From contig CAVRLO010000015.1 in NCBI GenBank assembly GCA_963721815.1, positions 76,163 to 140,162 on the forward strand: a DNA stretch of 64,000 bases, written 5' to 3'. Origin of the DNA: an uncultured Candidatus Rokubacteria bacterium. Lineage in GTDB: Bacteria; Methylomirabilota; Methylomirabilia; Rokubacteriales; CSP1-6. Within the stretch, counting starts at the first letter, position 1; each line of letters starts with the position of its first letter. The position numbers and the translations under genes were made by a program. Shown here piece after piece: positions 20,190-30,438 of this stretch. The notes beneath the pieces were generated by a model. That model did not search any database. It was not told where the DNA came from and saw only the letters and a program-made list of their open reading frames with translations.

Positions 20190-20530
20190 TTCTTTTTCAG
20201 ATTGGCCAACAGGCGGTCGATGAACACGGCCGACTCGGGGAACTGCGCCTTCTCCGTCTCGAGCTCCTGCTTGGCCTGGTCGAGCTTGCCGAGCTGAAAG
20301 TAGAGGAATCCGAGATGCGCATGGAATCCAGGAGGCACCGGCTTGTTCTCGGCCCGCGCTCTCTGGTAGTCCGCTTCCAGCCTCTCGATTTGCATCTCGG
20401 GGGCGACCGCGCCGGGAGTCGCGTAGGAACGATAGATCAGCTCTTCGTACTGGCCCCAGGAATAGAGGGTGGGCCGCGCGCAGCCGGCCGCGACGACCAG
20501 CAATGCCAGCAACCAGGCCACGCGCTTCAT
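20186..20530 (-). CDS. DUF4810 lipoprotein
   Basis: Lipobox AAGC; 'LYSWGQY', 'VPPGFHAHLG', 'EKAQFPES'. Confidence 0.8.
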   Translation of the reverse strand: MKRVAWLLALLVVAAGCARPTLYSWGQYEELIYRSYATPGAVAPEMQIERLEADYQRARAENKPVPPGFHAHLGFLYFQLGKLDQAKQELETEKAQFPESAVFIDRLLANLKKN

Positions 20531-21222
20531 CTGGCGCCGGTGCCCGGGGTCCACTTTCCCTGCTCGACACCTTCCACGAGCCGATTGATCGCTTCCCGTA
20601 TGGCGAGGTCCAGGACCTTTCCGTTCAAGGTGGAGTCGTAGCCGGCGGCGCCTCCGAAGCCCAGGACCTCTCGATTGCTCAGCGCATACTCGCCCGCGCC
20701 CTGAACGGAATACACAACCTCGGATGTCACCACGTTGACGACGTTCACGGTGACCTTGGAATACGCGACCTGCTGCTTGCCGCTGCCGAGGATCCCGAAC
20801 AGCTGCCGGTCGCCCACCTCTTTACGTCCGAACTCGACGACGTCGCCTGTGAGGGCGAAATCGGCGCCCCTGAGCGCCTGTTGCTCGCCCTTGATTTTCG
20901 CTTCGCGCGCGATCTCGTCCAGGTTCTCGCGATCGACGACGCGGAAGCGACCGGTCTCCTGCAGGTGGCCGATGAGAATGGTCTTGGCCTGCCCTCCCAG
21001 GCGATCGACTCCGTCCGAGAACAAACCGCGCATGTAGCTCGAGCGATTGTCGAACTTACCGACCATCACGGTGCTGCGCGGTCCTCGGTAGGCCGTCGCC
21101 GTCGCCGCCGCGGTGGGCTTGGGCGGCTCGAGCGCCTGATGGGACTCGGTCGCACAGCCGGTGAGCCCGAGGAGCAGGACGGCACTCGCCGTCCGGAGAC
21201 CTTTGCTGTTCGTAGCGGCTAC
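20527..21222 (-). CDS. csgG: CsgG/HfaB family lipoprotein; start codon unclear
   Basis: Lipobox LTGC; 'VGKFDNRS', 'TGRFRVVDRENL', 'GDVVEFGRK'. Confidence 0.8.
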   Translation of the reverse strand, partial: VAATNSKGLRTASAVLLLGLTGCATESHQALEPPKPTAAATATAYRGPRSTVMVGKFDNRSSYMRGLFSDGVDRLGGQAKTILIGHLQETGRFRVVDRENLDEIAREAKIKGEQQALRGADFALTGDVVEFGRKEVGDRQLFGILGSGKQQVAYSKVTVNVVNVVTSEVVYSVQGAGEYALSNREVLGFGGAAGYDSTLNGKVLDLAIREAINRLVEGVEQGKWTPGTGAR

Positions 21223-21445
21223 CCCCTAGTGATCCGTATAGTTCCGCATAGTTAGTACAGCATGCTCCGCGATTCGACGGAAGGTTATGATTCGCTGGAG
21301 CCCATATGGGCTCGAAACCCGCGAGCCATATTCTCCAGCTCGCGGATAGACGCAGTGCGGATTCGAGGTCGGTGCGCAGCCCTGGATCGCTCGTTCGGGG
21401 CGCAGGCGCCGTGACGATAAGCGGCTCATTTCGGAGACGACCAGC

Positions 21446-21892
21446 TCACGAGCTGCCTGACGAGATCCGAGACGCGCAACTCACGAGCGAACGGCGAGCT
21501 GTCGAGCTTCGTAGAACTCCTCGATGCCCGCGCGAAGCATCGAGCGCGGCGCCAAGGATACGGGTCGAGACGCAGACCGTGATCAGAACGATCGACCTCC
21601 AAGAAGAATCGCCGCCAGGCTGCGGCACCGCGTCACGGGCAGCCAGGCGTCTCGGAGGCGCCCGGCCACCGAGAGCGAGCTCATGGTTAGAGAAGTACTG
21701 GGAGACGCCGCCGGGATTACGCGTGTGGATGTCGAACGTCCAGAACTCGCGAATGAGCCGCTCGGCCGGCGACAACGAGCTGCCGCTGCGCTCGGCCTTC
21801 CTTCGGCCTGCTCGCCCGCCTGCAGGAGCCACGTCTTCGAGCTCCCACTCGCAGATTCCCATGAAGGGACGGTAGCCTCGACGCCTGAACAT
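21446..21892 (-). pseudogene. Degenerate DUF4375/DMP19-like gene
   Basis: 'FDIHTRNPGGVSQYFSNH' resembles the family's NNGGF-QYFxNS motif; frame lost afterwards. Confidence 0.35.
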
Positions 21893-22255
21893 GACAGAGG
21901 CGCGTCCCCGCGGAGGAACCGCTGCGTGAACATCGGTCGTGGTCAGCGCTCGAAGGTAGATCGAGCCACTGCCGGGAACCGCCCCGTTCCGTGCGGGCCT
22001 CGGCTTTGCCTGGCCAGTCAGGTGGACGACAGGCGACGTCAGGCTCCAGGTCGGGAAGGTTCGACGACTCGTCGCAGGAAGGCACGGCCGTGAAAACGCT
22101 GCGGTTTCAAGACCTGTTAGCGGGTGTCACGTCTTCCCGAGTTCCGCTAGCAGCTCAGTCTGAAGCCCAGTGACCGGGCTCCACGCGAGCCGCAGACTAT
22201 CTCCCGAGATTCGGCCCAACGGCATCTGATGAGGCATGCGGTCATGAGCTCGGCG

Positions 22256-23576
22256 TTACCGCCCCATCACGAGGTTCGGCAGCCAGAGCGCGATCGCCGG
22301 GAACATGAACAGAAGCATGAGACAGATCGCGATACCCACCATGAACGGGAGCACCCCGATCCACAAATCCATCATGGTCCCGACCTGGAGCCCGGCGCCT
22401 TCCGACACTGATTTGCGGATGCCCTGAATGATGTAGAGGTTCAGGCCTTCGGGCGGACTCACGAGCGCCGCTTCCAGCAGGATGATCATGATGATGCCGA
22501 ACCACACCAGGTCGACCCCCATCGCCTTCAGCACCGGCACCAGGATCGGCATGGTCGTCACCATCATCGAGAGCGCCTCCATGAAGGTGCCGAGGATCAG
22601 ATAGAAGATCGTCAGGAGGATCACGAAGGTCAGCGGGGTCAGGTTCATCTCGCGAGATCAGCTCGGTGAGCTGCGCGGGCACGCCGAGAATCGCCAGCGC
22701 GAAGCTCAGGATGAACGCCGAGGTCACGATGAGCATGATCATGGACGACGTGCGCACGGTCGTCATCATCGTCCGTTGCAGCATGCGCGCGCTGATCGTA
22801 CCGTTCAGAGCCGCGAGGATGAAGCTGGCCACCACGCCGAAGGCCGCGGCTTCAGTCGGGGTGGCCACCCCCAGATAGATGGTGCCGAGCACGATGAACA
22901 TGAGGACGATGACCGGAAACAGCGAGAGCAAACCAAGGAGCCGGATCCGCCACGACGGTGCCGTCTCGCGGGGCGCCACCGAGGGCCAGATCTTGGCCGA
23001 CACGGCGATGATGAACATGAAGATCCCGGCGAGCATGAATCCCGGGATGAAGCCGGCCAGATAGAGCCGGCCGATCGACTCCTCGGCCAGCACGCCGAAG
23101 ATGATCATCGCGATGCTGGGCGGGATCAGGATGTCGAGGGTGCCGCCGGCGGCCAGGCTGCCGATCACCAGCCGCTCGTTGTAGTTGCGCGCGCGAAAGG
23201 ACGGCAGCGCGACCGCCCCGACGGTGGCCGCGCAGGCCGCGCTGGAGCCGGAGATCGCCCCGAACACCGCGCAGAAGGCGATGTTGGAGTGGAGCAGCCC
23301 GCCCGGCAGCGGCGCCAGCCAGTGCGACAGCACCTGATACAGCCGCTCGGAGAGCCGACTGTGGATGAGGATCTCTCCCATCATCACGAACAGCGGCACG
23401 GCCACCAGGATGGAGCTCGAGTTCACGTTCCAGGCGATCTGCCCCAGCATGTCCCACAGCGGCCGGTCGGAGAAGAGGTACATCAGGGCGATGCCGATCA
23501 GCCCGAGGGCACCGGCCACGTGCAGCCCGGCGAGAAAGAACACCAGCATGAGCACGGCCGCGGTCCCGAGCACCAT
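22256..23576 (-). CDS. dctM: TRAP large permease; frameshift near 22650
   Basis: 'AVPLFVMMGEIL', 'GAISGSSAA', 'AGGTLDILIPPSI', 'TPTEAAA'. Confidence 0.9.
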
Positions 23577-23579
23577 GGC

Positions 23580-24128
23580 TCAGACCGCCTCTTGCGCGGC
23601 GGGCGGCTCCGCGGCGCGTTCCAGCGCCGGGCCCGCCGCCGGCAGCTTGCGTCCCGCCAAGGTCGCGACGGCCGAGACGAGCGCCGCCAGCGCCAGCAGA
23701 CTGAATCCAACCCCCAGAATGCCCTGGGGAATGTAGAGCGGAGTCAGCATGTAGGTGGAGGATCTGATGTCGCCCTCGAGGGAATCGGCGACCAGGGTCC
23801 AGATCTTCCAGGAGATGACCGAGGCGAACACCGCCATGAGCAGGAGAGCGAAAAAGTCGACCGCGGCCCTGACCCGCCGGGCCATGTACGGGAACAACAC
23901 GTCCACCCGCACGTGCGCGTCGACCCTGAGGGTGTACGCAAACCCCCACGTGGCCGCCAGGGCCAGCATGTAGCCGCTGATCTCGTCGGTCACCCGGGTC
24001 GTCGGCAGGCCGACGGCGCTGCCCCACTTCCGAGCCAGGACGTCGTACGTGACGAAGAACGCCAGGCCGACGTAGAGGGCGCCGGCAAGGTACGCCGGCC
24101 ACGCGAAGAGCCGATCCAGCGACCTCAT
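23580..24128 (-). CDS. dctQ: TRAP small permease
   Basis: 4 TM helices; 'DEISGY', 'HVRVDV'. Confidence 0.85.
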   Translation of the reverse strand: MRSLDRLFAWPAYLAGALYVGLAFFVTYDVLARKWGSAVGLPTTRVTDEISGYMLALAATWGFAYTLRVDAHVRVDVLFPYMARRVRAAVDFFALLLMAVFASVISWKIWTLVADSLEGDIRSSTYMLTPLYIPQGILGVGFSLLALAALVSAVATLAGRKLPAAGPALERAAEPPAAQEAV

Positions 24129-24132
24129 CGGC

Positions 24133-25188
24133 CTAGGAGCTGACTTTGAAGCCGACCAGGGGCGCGATGATCTCGTTGAACAGCCGCGCGGCCTCGGCGC
24201 CGCCGGCCCGCTTGACCCAGTCGGGCACCACCTTGGTCTTCAGAGCGTCCTTGATCGCGGCCTGGGTCTCCGGCGAGAAGGGAATGTGCTCCATGCCCTT
24301 CTCGACGCTCTTGTCGACCCCTTCCTTGTTCCAGCCTTCGATCAGCTCGAACGACTTGGCCTCGACGAGCGTCTCGGCCTCGTCCTTCATGATCTTCTGG
24401 ATGTCCGGCGGCAGCCGCTTCCAGGTGTTCTTGTTGACGGCCAGGGCCACGTGCGGCCGCATGGAGATGGGACCGACCAGGTACTTGGAGACTTCATACC
24501 AGCGCAGGCCGAAGCCGGGCTTCGTGCCGCTGATGGCGGCGTCCAGAGTTCCGCGCTCCAGGGCGGTGTAGGTCTCGGCGAAGGCGATGGTGAGCGGCTC
24601 CCCACCGAGCCCGGCCACCAGCGACGCCAGCGCCACGCTGTGCACGCGCGTCTTCAAGCCCTTGAAGTCGGCCGGCTTGCGCACGGCCTTCTTGCTGAAG
24701 AACGCCTGGTCGGGATAGACCGCCATGGCCAGCAGCACCGCATTGGCCTTCTGGTCGAGCAGCTTCGCCTCGGTCGGCTTCCAGGCCAGGATGGCCTTCT
24801 TCGCGGTCTGAGGATCGGGGAAGATCCCGGGCAGCTCGAGGATCTCGACCAGCGGAAGCTCTCCGGCGACGTACCCGCCGTAGGTCTCGGTCACATCGAC
24901 GACGCCGGTGCGCAAGATGCGCAGGGTCTCCGCGCCGCCAAGGCCGAGCTCGGGAAGCGACGTCAGCTCGAACTGCACCCGACCGTTGGAGCGCTTCTCC
25001 ACGGTCCTCGCCCACTCCTCATAGAGCTTCCACGGGTCGAGCGTGCGGTTGATGCCGAGCAGCTTCAGCTTGTACTCGGCCTTGGCCGCCTGCGCGGTGA
25101 CCGGCGCGGGCTGTGGGATGAAGGCGAGCAGAACGACGAGCGCCAGGACGCCGAGCAGACACGCGATCCTTCGCAGGGGAGGGTTCAT
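24133..25188 (-). CDS. dctP: TRAP substrate-binding protein
   Basis: Signal peptide; 'DFKGLKTRV', 'ETYTALERGTLDA'. Confidence 0.9.
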   Translation of the reverse strand: MNPPLRRIACLLGVLALVVLLAFIPQPAPVTAQAAKAEYKLKLLGINRTLDPWKLYEEWARTVEKRSNGRVQFELTSLPELGLGGAETLRILRTGVVDVTETYGGYVAGELPLVEILELPGIFPDPQTAKKAILAWKPTEAKLLDQKANAVLLAMAVYPDQAFFSKKAVRKPADFKGLKTRVHSVALASLVAGLGGEPLTIAFAETYTALERGTLDAAISGTKPGFGLRWYEVSKYLVGPISMRPHVALAVNKNTWKRLPPDIQKIMKDEAETLVEAKSFELIEGWNKEGVDKSVEKGMEHIPFSPETQAAIKDALKTKVVPDWVKRAGGAEAARLFNEIIAPLVGFKVSS

Positions 25189-25348
25189 GGGACGCGCCTC
25201 CTGTTTTTGGGGATCGGGCCAGAGGGGTCGACTCGTCCGGTGCGCGGGACCATATGTCACCCTGCTGGTGGTTGTCAAACGCATGAGCTAGTCTTTCTCC
25301 CGCTTGGCTTGCGGTTCACGTGTTTGTGGTGCCGGGGAGGGCTTGCGC

Positions 25349-26099
25349 ATGGATCTGGGACTGACCGGGAAGGTGGCGATCGTCACGGGCGGGAGCAAGG
25401 GCATCGGCAAGGCGATCGCCCAGGAGCTGGCGGGCGAGGGCGTCGACGTGGCGATCTGCGCGCGCGATCGCCGGGTGCTGGAGGAGGCGGCCAAGACCTT
25501 GGCGGCGGCCACGCGACGCCGCATCGTGCCGATCGTTTGCGACACGACCAGCACGAAGTCGGTTCAGGATCTCGTGGAAGCTACGGTGGCCCAGTTCGGG
25601 CGGGTCGGATATTCTCGTGAACAACGCGTCGACGCCGGGTGGCGTGGTGACGGGCCCGCTGGCGCAGGCCGATGACGAGCTTCTGCTCGAGGACATCAAC
25701 ACCAAGGTGGTCGGGTACATGCGGTGCGCGAAGGCGGCGGCACCGCACATGCAGCGGAGCGGGTGGGGGAGGATCATCAACATCGGCGGGTTGTCCGGGC
25801 GGCGGGCGGGGAATATCAGCGGGCTGCGGAATGCGGCTATCGTGCATTTGACGAAGACGCTGGCGGATCAGCTTGGGGCTTCGGGCATTACCGTGAACTT
25901 GGTGCATCCGGGGGCTACGCGGACTGAGCGGACTGATGCGGAGACTGAGCGACGGGCGGCATCCAATGCGATTCGGCGGATTGTGGATGCGAAGGAGATT
26001 GCGCAGGTCGTGACGTTTCTGGCGTCGACGAAGGCGGCGAATATTACCGGGGTGGCGATTGATGCTAGTGGAGGGTCGATTCCGGTGATGTTTCAGTAG
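25349..26099 (+). CDS. SDR family oxidoreductase; frameshift near 25610
   Basis: TGGSKGIG, NNA, 'GITVNLVHPG'. Confidence 0.85.
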
Positions 26100-26203
26100 T
26101 TCTCGCGGAGCCATAGCGCGTCCCAAAGCTCTCGGAGCATGGTCGCGTCAAATTTCGTATGCCATGGTCACGCTGTTACCCTGACATTGCGGGGGCCGGC
26201 CAA

Positions 26204-26662
26204 GTGCGCGGACGCGTGAAATGGTTCAATAACGCCAAGGGCTATGGCTTCATCTCCGCCAGTTCGGGGGATGACGTATTCGTACACTACACCGCGATCG
26301 CCACCCAAGGCTTCAGGACGCTCAAGCAGTCGACCGTCGTCGAATTCGAAGTTGTGACCACATCCAAGGGGTTACAGGCCACGCACGTCCGAGATCTCGG
26401 CGCCGACGGTATGATCGCTGGAGCCTCGGGTGGGGAAACGAAGATCTCGCGAGAGCAAGGAGAAAAGCCGCCGGCGACTCGGGAATTCTCTCCCTCTGAT
26501 TCACCTCCTGAAGAGAAAGAGAAATCAGCGCTGAAACGTCGAAATAGACGGCGGCGTTCTCGCGGGTCCGCCGGCACCACGCGCGGCGAAGCGCCGACGA
26601 AGATCGAACCTCCAAGATCTCCGGCAGTGTCAGCTTCGGATGACACTGAATGGTGGCGGTGA
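26204..26662 (+). CDS. Cold-shock domain protein with a disordered basic C-terminal extension
   Basis: RNP1/RNP2 'GRVKWFNNAKGYGFI...DVFVHY'. Confidence 0.85.
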   Translation: MRGRVKWFNNAKGYGFISASSGDDVFVHYTAIATQGFRTLKQSTVVEFEVVTTSKGLQATHVRDLGADGMIAGASGGETKISREQGEKPPATREFSPSDSPPEEKEKSALKRRNRRRRSRGSAGTTRGEAPTKIEPPRSPAVSASDDTEWWR

Positions 26663-26763
26663 CTCATGGGCGAGCAGGCTTCGTAGAATCGGAACCTCCC
26701 GGGAGCAGGTTAACCGACGTCCCGTTTAGCCGAGCACTATGTCTCAATAGCCACAATTCTTTG

Positions 26764-27123
26764 CTAGCCTGCCACTCTGCGTCGGCCGATCGGTAGTTTT
26801 GGCCCGACCTTCGTCGTGACCGGCGTACCGGCACCGCCTGATGATCCCACGCCGCCTTCAACCACTGACGTAAGCAATTCCTTTGGGTGCACCTTGAGGG
26901 CCGAGGCCAGCCGACAGATCAAATCAACAGAAATATTGCGCTCACCGCGCTCGACTGACCCGACATAAGTGCGGTGAATGCGGGCTCGGTCTGCGAGCGC
27001 TTCCTGAGATAGGCCGATTCGCTGTCTGAGTATTCGAAGGTTCTCTGCAATGAGACGTCTGCCATCAACGGGATCACCGAACGAGGCCAGGTCGGAGTTG
27101 CCCTTGCGTGCGCTGCGTGTCAC
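26764..27123 (-). CDS. XRE-family HTH, restriction-modification controller (C) protein-like
   Basis: 'NLRILRQRIGLSQEALADRARIHRTYVGSVERGERNIS'; C-box directly upstream. Confidence 0.8.
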   Translation of the reverse strand: MTRSARKGNSDLASFGDPVDGRRLIAENLRILRQRIGLSQEALADRARIHRTYVGSVERGERNISVDLICRLASALKVHPKELLTSVVEGGVGSSGGAGTPVTTKVGPKLPIGRRRVAG

Positions 27124-27145
27124 GTAATCGAATTAAAGTCTTGAC

Positions 27146-27171
27146 GCAAATAAGTCTACAGACTATAAGTA
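27146..27171 (-). promoter_or_regulatory. C-box operator pair (PvuII-type)
   Basis: Minus strand TACT-TAT-AGTC TGTA GACT-TAT-TTGC versus C.PvuII GACT-CAT-AGTC TGTA GACT-CAA-AGTC; 22 nt before the XRE start. Confidence 0.75.
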
Positions 27172-27274
27172 GACATCCTTTAAGTAGAGTATCCTAGCGG
27201 ATACGATACTTGGGGCCAGTTAGAGCTTGACACCCCTCGGGATAGTGTGATCTTGTGAAACCCGGCGGAACCAA

Positions 27275-27550
27275 GTGCAACCACATCGTCCAGAGGGCCG
27301 CCTCGAGATCAACGGTACTTCGTACCTACCTCTGGACTACGTCGCCCAGGAACTCGGGGTCTCACGCACCACGCTATGGCGGTGGCGTCAGAGTGGGCGG
27401 GTCCCGGTAGGCCATCGATATCGAGGTCGACTAACGCTCTTCACCGTCGCCGAATTCGAGGCGATTCGAGAATACGCCAATCGACTCGCTCCGGTCGGTT
27501 TCAGCGCGACGATCCCGAAACAAGTGTCGGTCTCGGAAGGAGTCGAATGA
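27275..27550 (+). CDS. Small HTH DNA-binding protein (MerR/excisionase-like)
   Basis: '[15 protein letters not shown]'; overlaps the queC start. Confidence 0.65.
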   Translation: MQPHRPEGRLEINGTSYLPLDYVAQELGVSRTTLWRWRQSGRVPVGHRYRGRLTLFTVAEFEAIREYANRLAPVGFSATIPKQVSVSEGVE

Positions 27551-28254
27551 TGGACAAGCCTAGGGCAGTTGCGCTTCTCAGTGGAGGCGTCGACTCGACG
27601 ACCACCGCCGCTATCGCCCTTGAACAAGGATTTGAGGTGTACGGGCTTAGCTTCGACTACGGACAGCGACACCGGCTTGAGGTCGAACGGGCTCGTGTTG
27701 TGGCCAAGAATCTAGGCCTAGCCGATCATGTCGTAGTAACGATTGATCTCCGCGCTTTTGGAGGGTCCGCTCTAACGAGCAATCTCGCGGTGCCCAAGCA
27801 TCGCTCGCTGAACGAGATCGGGCAAGGCATTCCGGTCACCTATGTACCTGCGCGCAACACGATCTTCCTGTCATTTGCTTTGGCTTGGGCGGAAGTACTC
27901 AAATCGAGCGACATTTTCATCGGCGTGAATGCACTCGACTACAGTGGCTATCCAGACTGCCGGCCGGAGTACATCGAGGCGTACCGACAGATGGCTAACC
28001 TTGCCACGAGGGAGGGTGTGGAAGGCCGCCAACGGCTCATAATTCACGCTCCGCTAATTCATCTAAGCAAGGCCGACATCATTCGGCGTGGTCTCGAACT
28101 TGGTGTCGACTACAGCCTGACGATTTCCTGCTATGACCCATCGCCAACAGGCGAGGCGTGTGGGGGCTGCGATTCTTGTTTGCTGCGGCTCAAAGGGTTC
28201 AGCGCCAACGGCATTCCAGATCCTATTCGGTATCGCGAAGCAGTGACGGCATGA
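27547..28254 (+). CDS. queC: 7-cyano-7-deazaguanine synthase
   Basis: SGGVDST, 'FDYGQRH', '[11 protein letters not shown]', 'YPDCR', Zn site CYDP..CGGCDSC. Confidence 0.95.
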   Translation: MMDKPRAVALLSGGVDSTTTAAIALEQGFEVYGLSFDYGQRHRLEVERARVVAKNLGLADHVVVTIDLRAFGGSALTSNLAVPKHRSLNEIGQGIPVTYVPARNTIFLSFALAWAEVLKSSDIFIGVNALDYSGYPDCRPEYIEAYRQMANLATREGVEGRQRLIIHAPLIHLSKADIIRRGLELGVDYSLTISCYDPSPTGEACGGCDSCLLRLKGFSANGIPDPIRYREAVTA

Positions 28255-28856
28255 CCTATTCCGTCAAAGAGATCTTCTACACGCTGCAAGGGGAGGGCGT
28301 GAACACCGGGCGGCCAGCTGTCTTCTGTCGATTCGCTGCCTGCAACCTGTGGTCCGGACGCGAGGCAGATCGTGCAGCAGCTACGTGTAAGTTTTGCGAC
28401 ACCAACTTTGTGGGAACCGACGGTATTGGAGGCGGGCGGTTCGCGTCCGCCGCTGAACTCGCCGAAGCCGTGGCCAAAACGTGGCCACTGACCGGCGACC
28501 TGAACGTGACTCCGCTGGTCGTTTGCACCGGAGGCGAGCCGCTGCTTCAGCTCGACGAACCTCTAGTCAGCGCATTCCACGAGCTAGGGATAGAGGTGGC
28601 CATCGAGACAAATGGTACTCATTCCGCTCCGAGGGGGATCGATTGGATATGCGTCAGCCCGAAGGCCGGAAGTGAACTCGTGCTTCGTAACGGGAATGAA
28701 TTGAAGCTGGTGTTTCCACAGCAAGGCGCGGAACCGGAACTCTTTGAAGGGTTGTCGTTCACTCACTTCCTTCTCCAGCCTATGGATGGCACGGAACGCA
28801 TACGCAATACGGAACTCGCTGTGCGGTATTGCCTCGAACATCCGCGCTGGCGACTG
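28251..28856 (+). pseudogene. queE: 7-carboxy-7-deazaguanine synthase; last residues replaced at a junction
   Basis: 'EIFYTLQGEG', 'RFAACNLW..C..CDT', 'TGGEPLLQ', 'IETNG'; homology ends at HPRWRL. Confidence 0.85.
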
Positions 28857-29726
28857 AACAAAACCGTACAGGAGTTCATTCCCAATCAAATGGTGAACCT
28901 CGTCCACGACGACCAAATCCCACTTGATGTCTGCTAAGCGATTCGCGAGACCCCGCACAGCGAGCGCTGTCGAACAAATGACGCGCGGCCAGCCGGGCAG
29001 AGAAATATTTCCCGAAGCATAGAGGTCGAGGAGACGAAACCCTTGCCCGCCGAAGCCGCTGTGCATCTCGCATAGCCACTGCCGGCATAGTGCCCCGGGA
29101 GTAAGGATGAGCACGCGCGCGTTTGGCTTCTGGAGGAGCAGATCGTGGATCACAACTCCCGCCTCAATCGTTTTACCGAGGCCGACCTCGTCCGCCAAGA
29201 TGTATCGGCGGTGTCGGTCGAGAATTACGGACCCGGCAACGTAGGCTTGGTGAGGATGAAGGTCTACCCGACTCGCTAGCAAACCGCGAAGGCCACCCAC
29301 TTGAGTGCCCAGCGTAAAGAGCGCGTTCATCAGCCCTTCTCGGGCTACCAACTTCCAACGGGCGTGAGGTCGATAGCTCGACAATCGGCCAATTGGAGTC
29401 TCATCGCGAGCGAGACTGACCGGCGTAAGGTCGACCTCGCTGACTGTGGCAGTGAGCCCATCGTCATATCGAATCCCATACGAGAAGGTGGAGTTGTTTG
29501 GAGTGGCTGGCGGCGGAGTACGAACAATCACACATGACCCGTGCGGGCCAACGGCGCGTTCGTCAATGTTTAGCTTAGCGTGCTTTAGATCGCCCCGAGC
29601 GAACGCGTCAGGTGCGAAGTGTGGGCTCTGGCCCGTTTCGCAAAATCTAATTCGAATGTTCCGCCCGACGACAGCGACTACCTTGCCGTAGCCGTACACT
29701 CGATGCTGAACGATTAATCCCTCCAC
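28851..29726 (-). pseudogene. DpdE/RapA-like SF2 (SNF2) helicase, N-terminal third only
   Basis: 'LHPHQ', 'ILADEVGLGKTIEAG', 'QWLCEM', 'DLVVVDEVHH'; no motif III onward. Confidence 0.75.
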
Positions 29727-29866
29727 AAACGAATCCCTGTTCCTCTTTGTGCCCGAAGGTTAGCGGCGTCGGGCTTGAATAGGATCGATAGTTCTCGACT
29801 GATGCCGCTGACTAGCGTCGCCAATGTTGAGTCGCGAGGTCGGCCGCCCAGCGTAGTTTGATGTCA

Positions 29867-30438
29867 TCAGGGGTTTGAGGCGATTGCGCGCGTGCGTTGC
29901 TTCACGGAAGCTAGTCGCCCCTGAGATCTAGTGAGAGGGCGGCCGAAGAGTCGAGCAGCGAGTGCCTGAGCCTCAAGCCGCACGGCCTCTCTCAGCCTTT
30001 CAGGCTGCAGTATCTCCGCTTCTGCTCCGTATCCGAGAATCCACCGCCGCACCTCGAGCGTGTCCGCCACGTGTAGCGTCATCTCCACACGCCCATCTCT
30101 CAGGTCGCGGAGTTTCTGCGATGGATGCCAGAGCCGCTCCCGGATATAAGGCGCGAGGCCCCGCGCGAACACAACGCGCATTGCCACGAGGTCGCCGCGC
30201 GGGATGCCCCGCGCGTCGTCGAGGTAGCGCTGGGCGTTGAAGTCCGCTGGTACCTCAAAACGTGTGCACGCCGCCCGGGATCTCGCCGTCACTATCCGGA
30301 CTGTCTGGCGCGACCTCGACGTTCTGCAAAAAGCCGGCTTTCCCCTCTACAGCGAGCGTCGTCAACGGTGATGCCTTGGGGGCGGTCGATCAATTGGATC
30401 AGGCGCCACTGGCGAGAGAGTTGATCGCCCCTGGGCAT
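29867..30438 (-). pseudogene. HTH-WYL-WCX regulator; internally inverted and deleted
   Basis: N-terminus MPRGDQLSRQWRLIQL; C-terminus 'RERLWHPSQ..RRWILGYGAEAEILQP'; HTH piece on the opposite strand at 30270-30356. Confidence 0.75.

Noticed and set aside
27547-28937. Complete Dpd, QatABCD or queuosine pathway
   Set aside because: Only queC and truncated queE are present; dpdA/tgt, queD, folE and qatA/B/D were not seen.
29759-29812. Integron attC site
   Set aside because: The order is GTTAG...CTGAC, the reverse of RYYYAAC...GTTRRRY; no integron integrase in the window.
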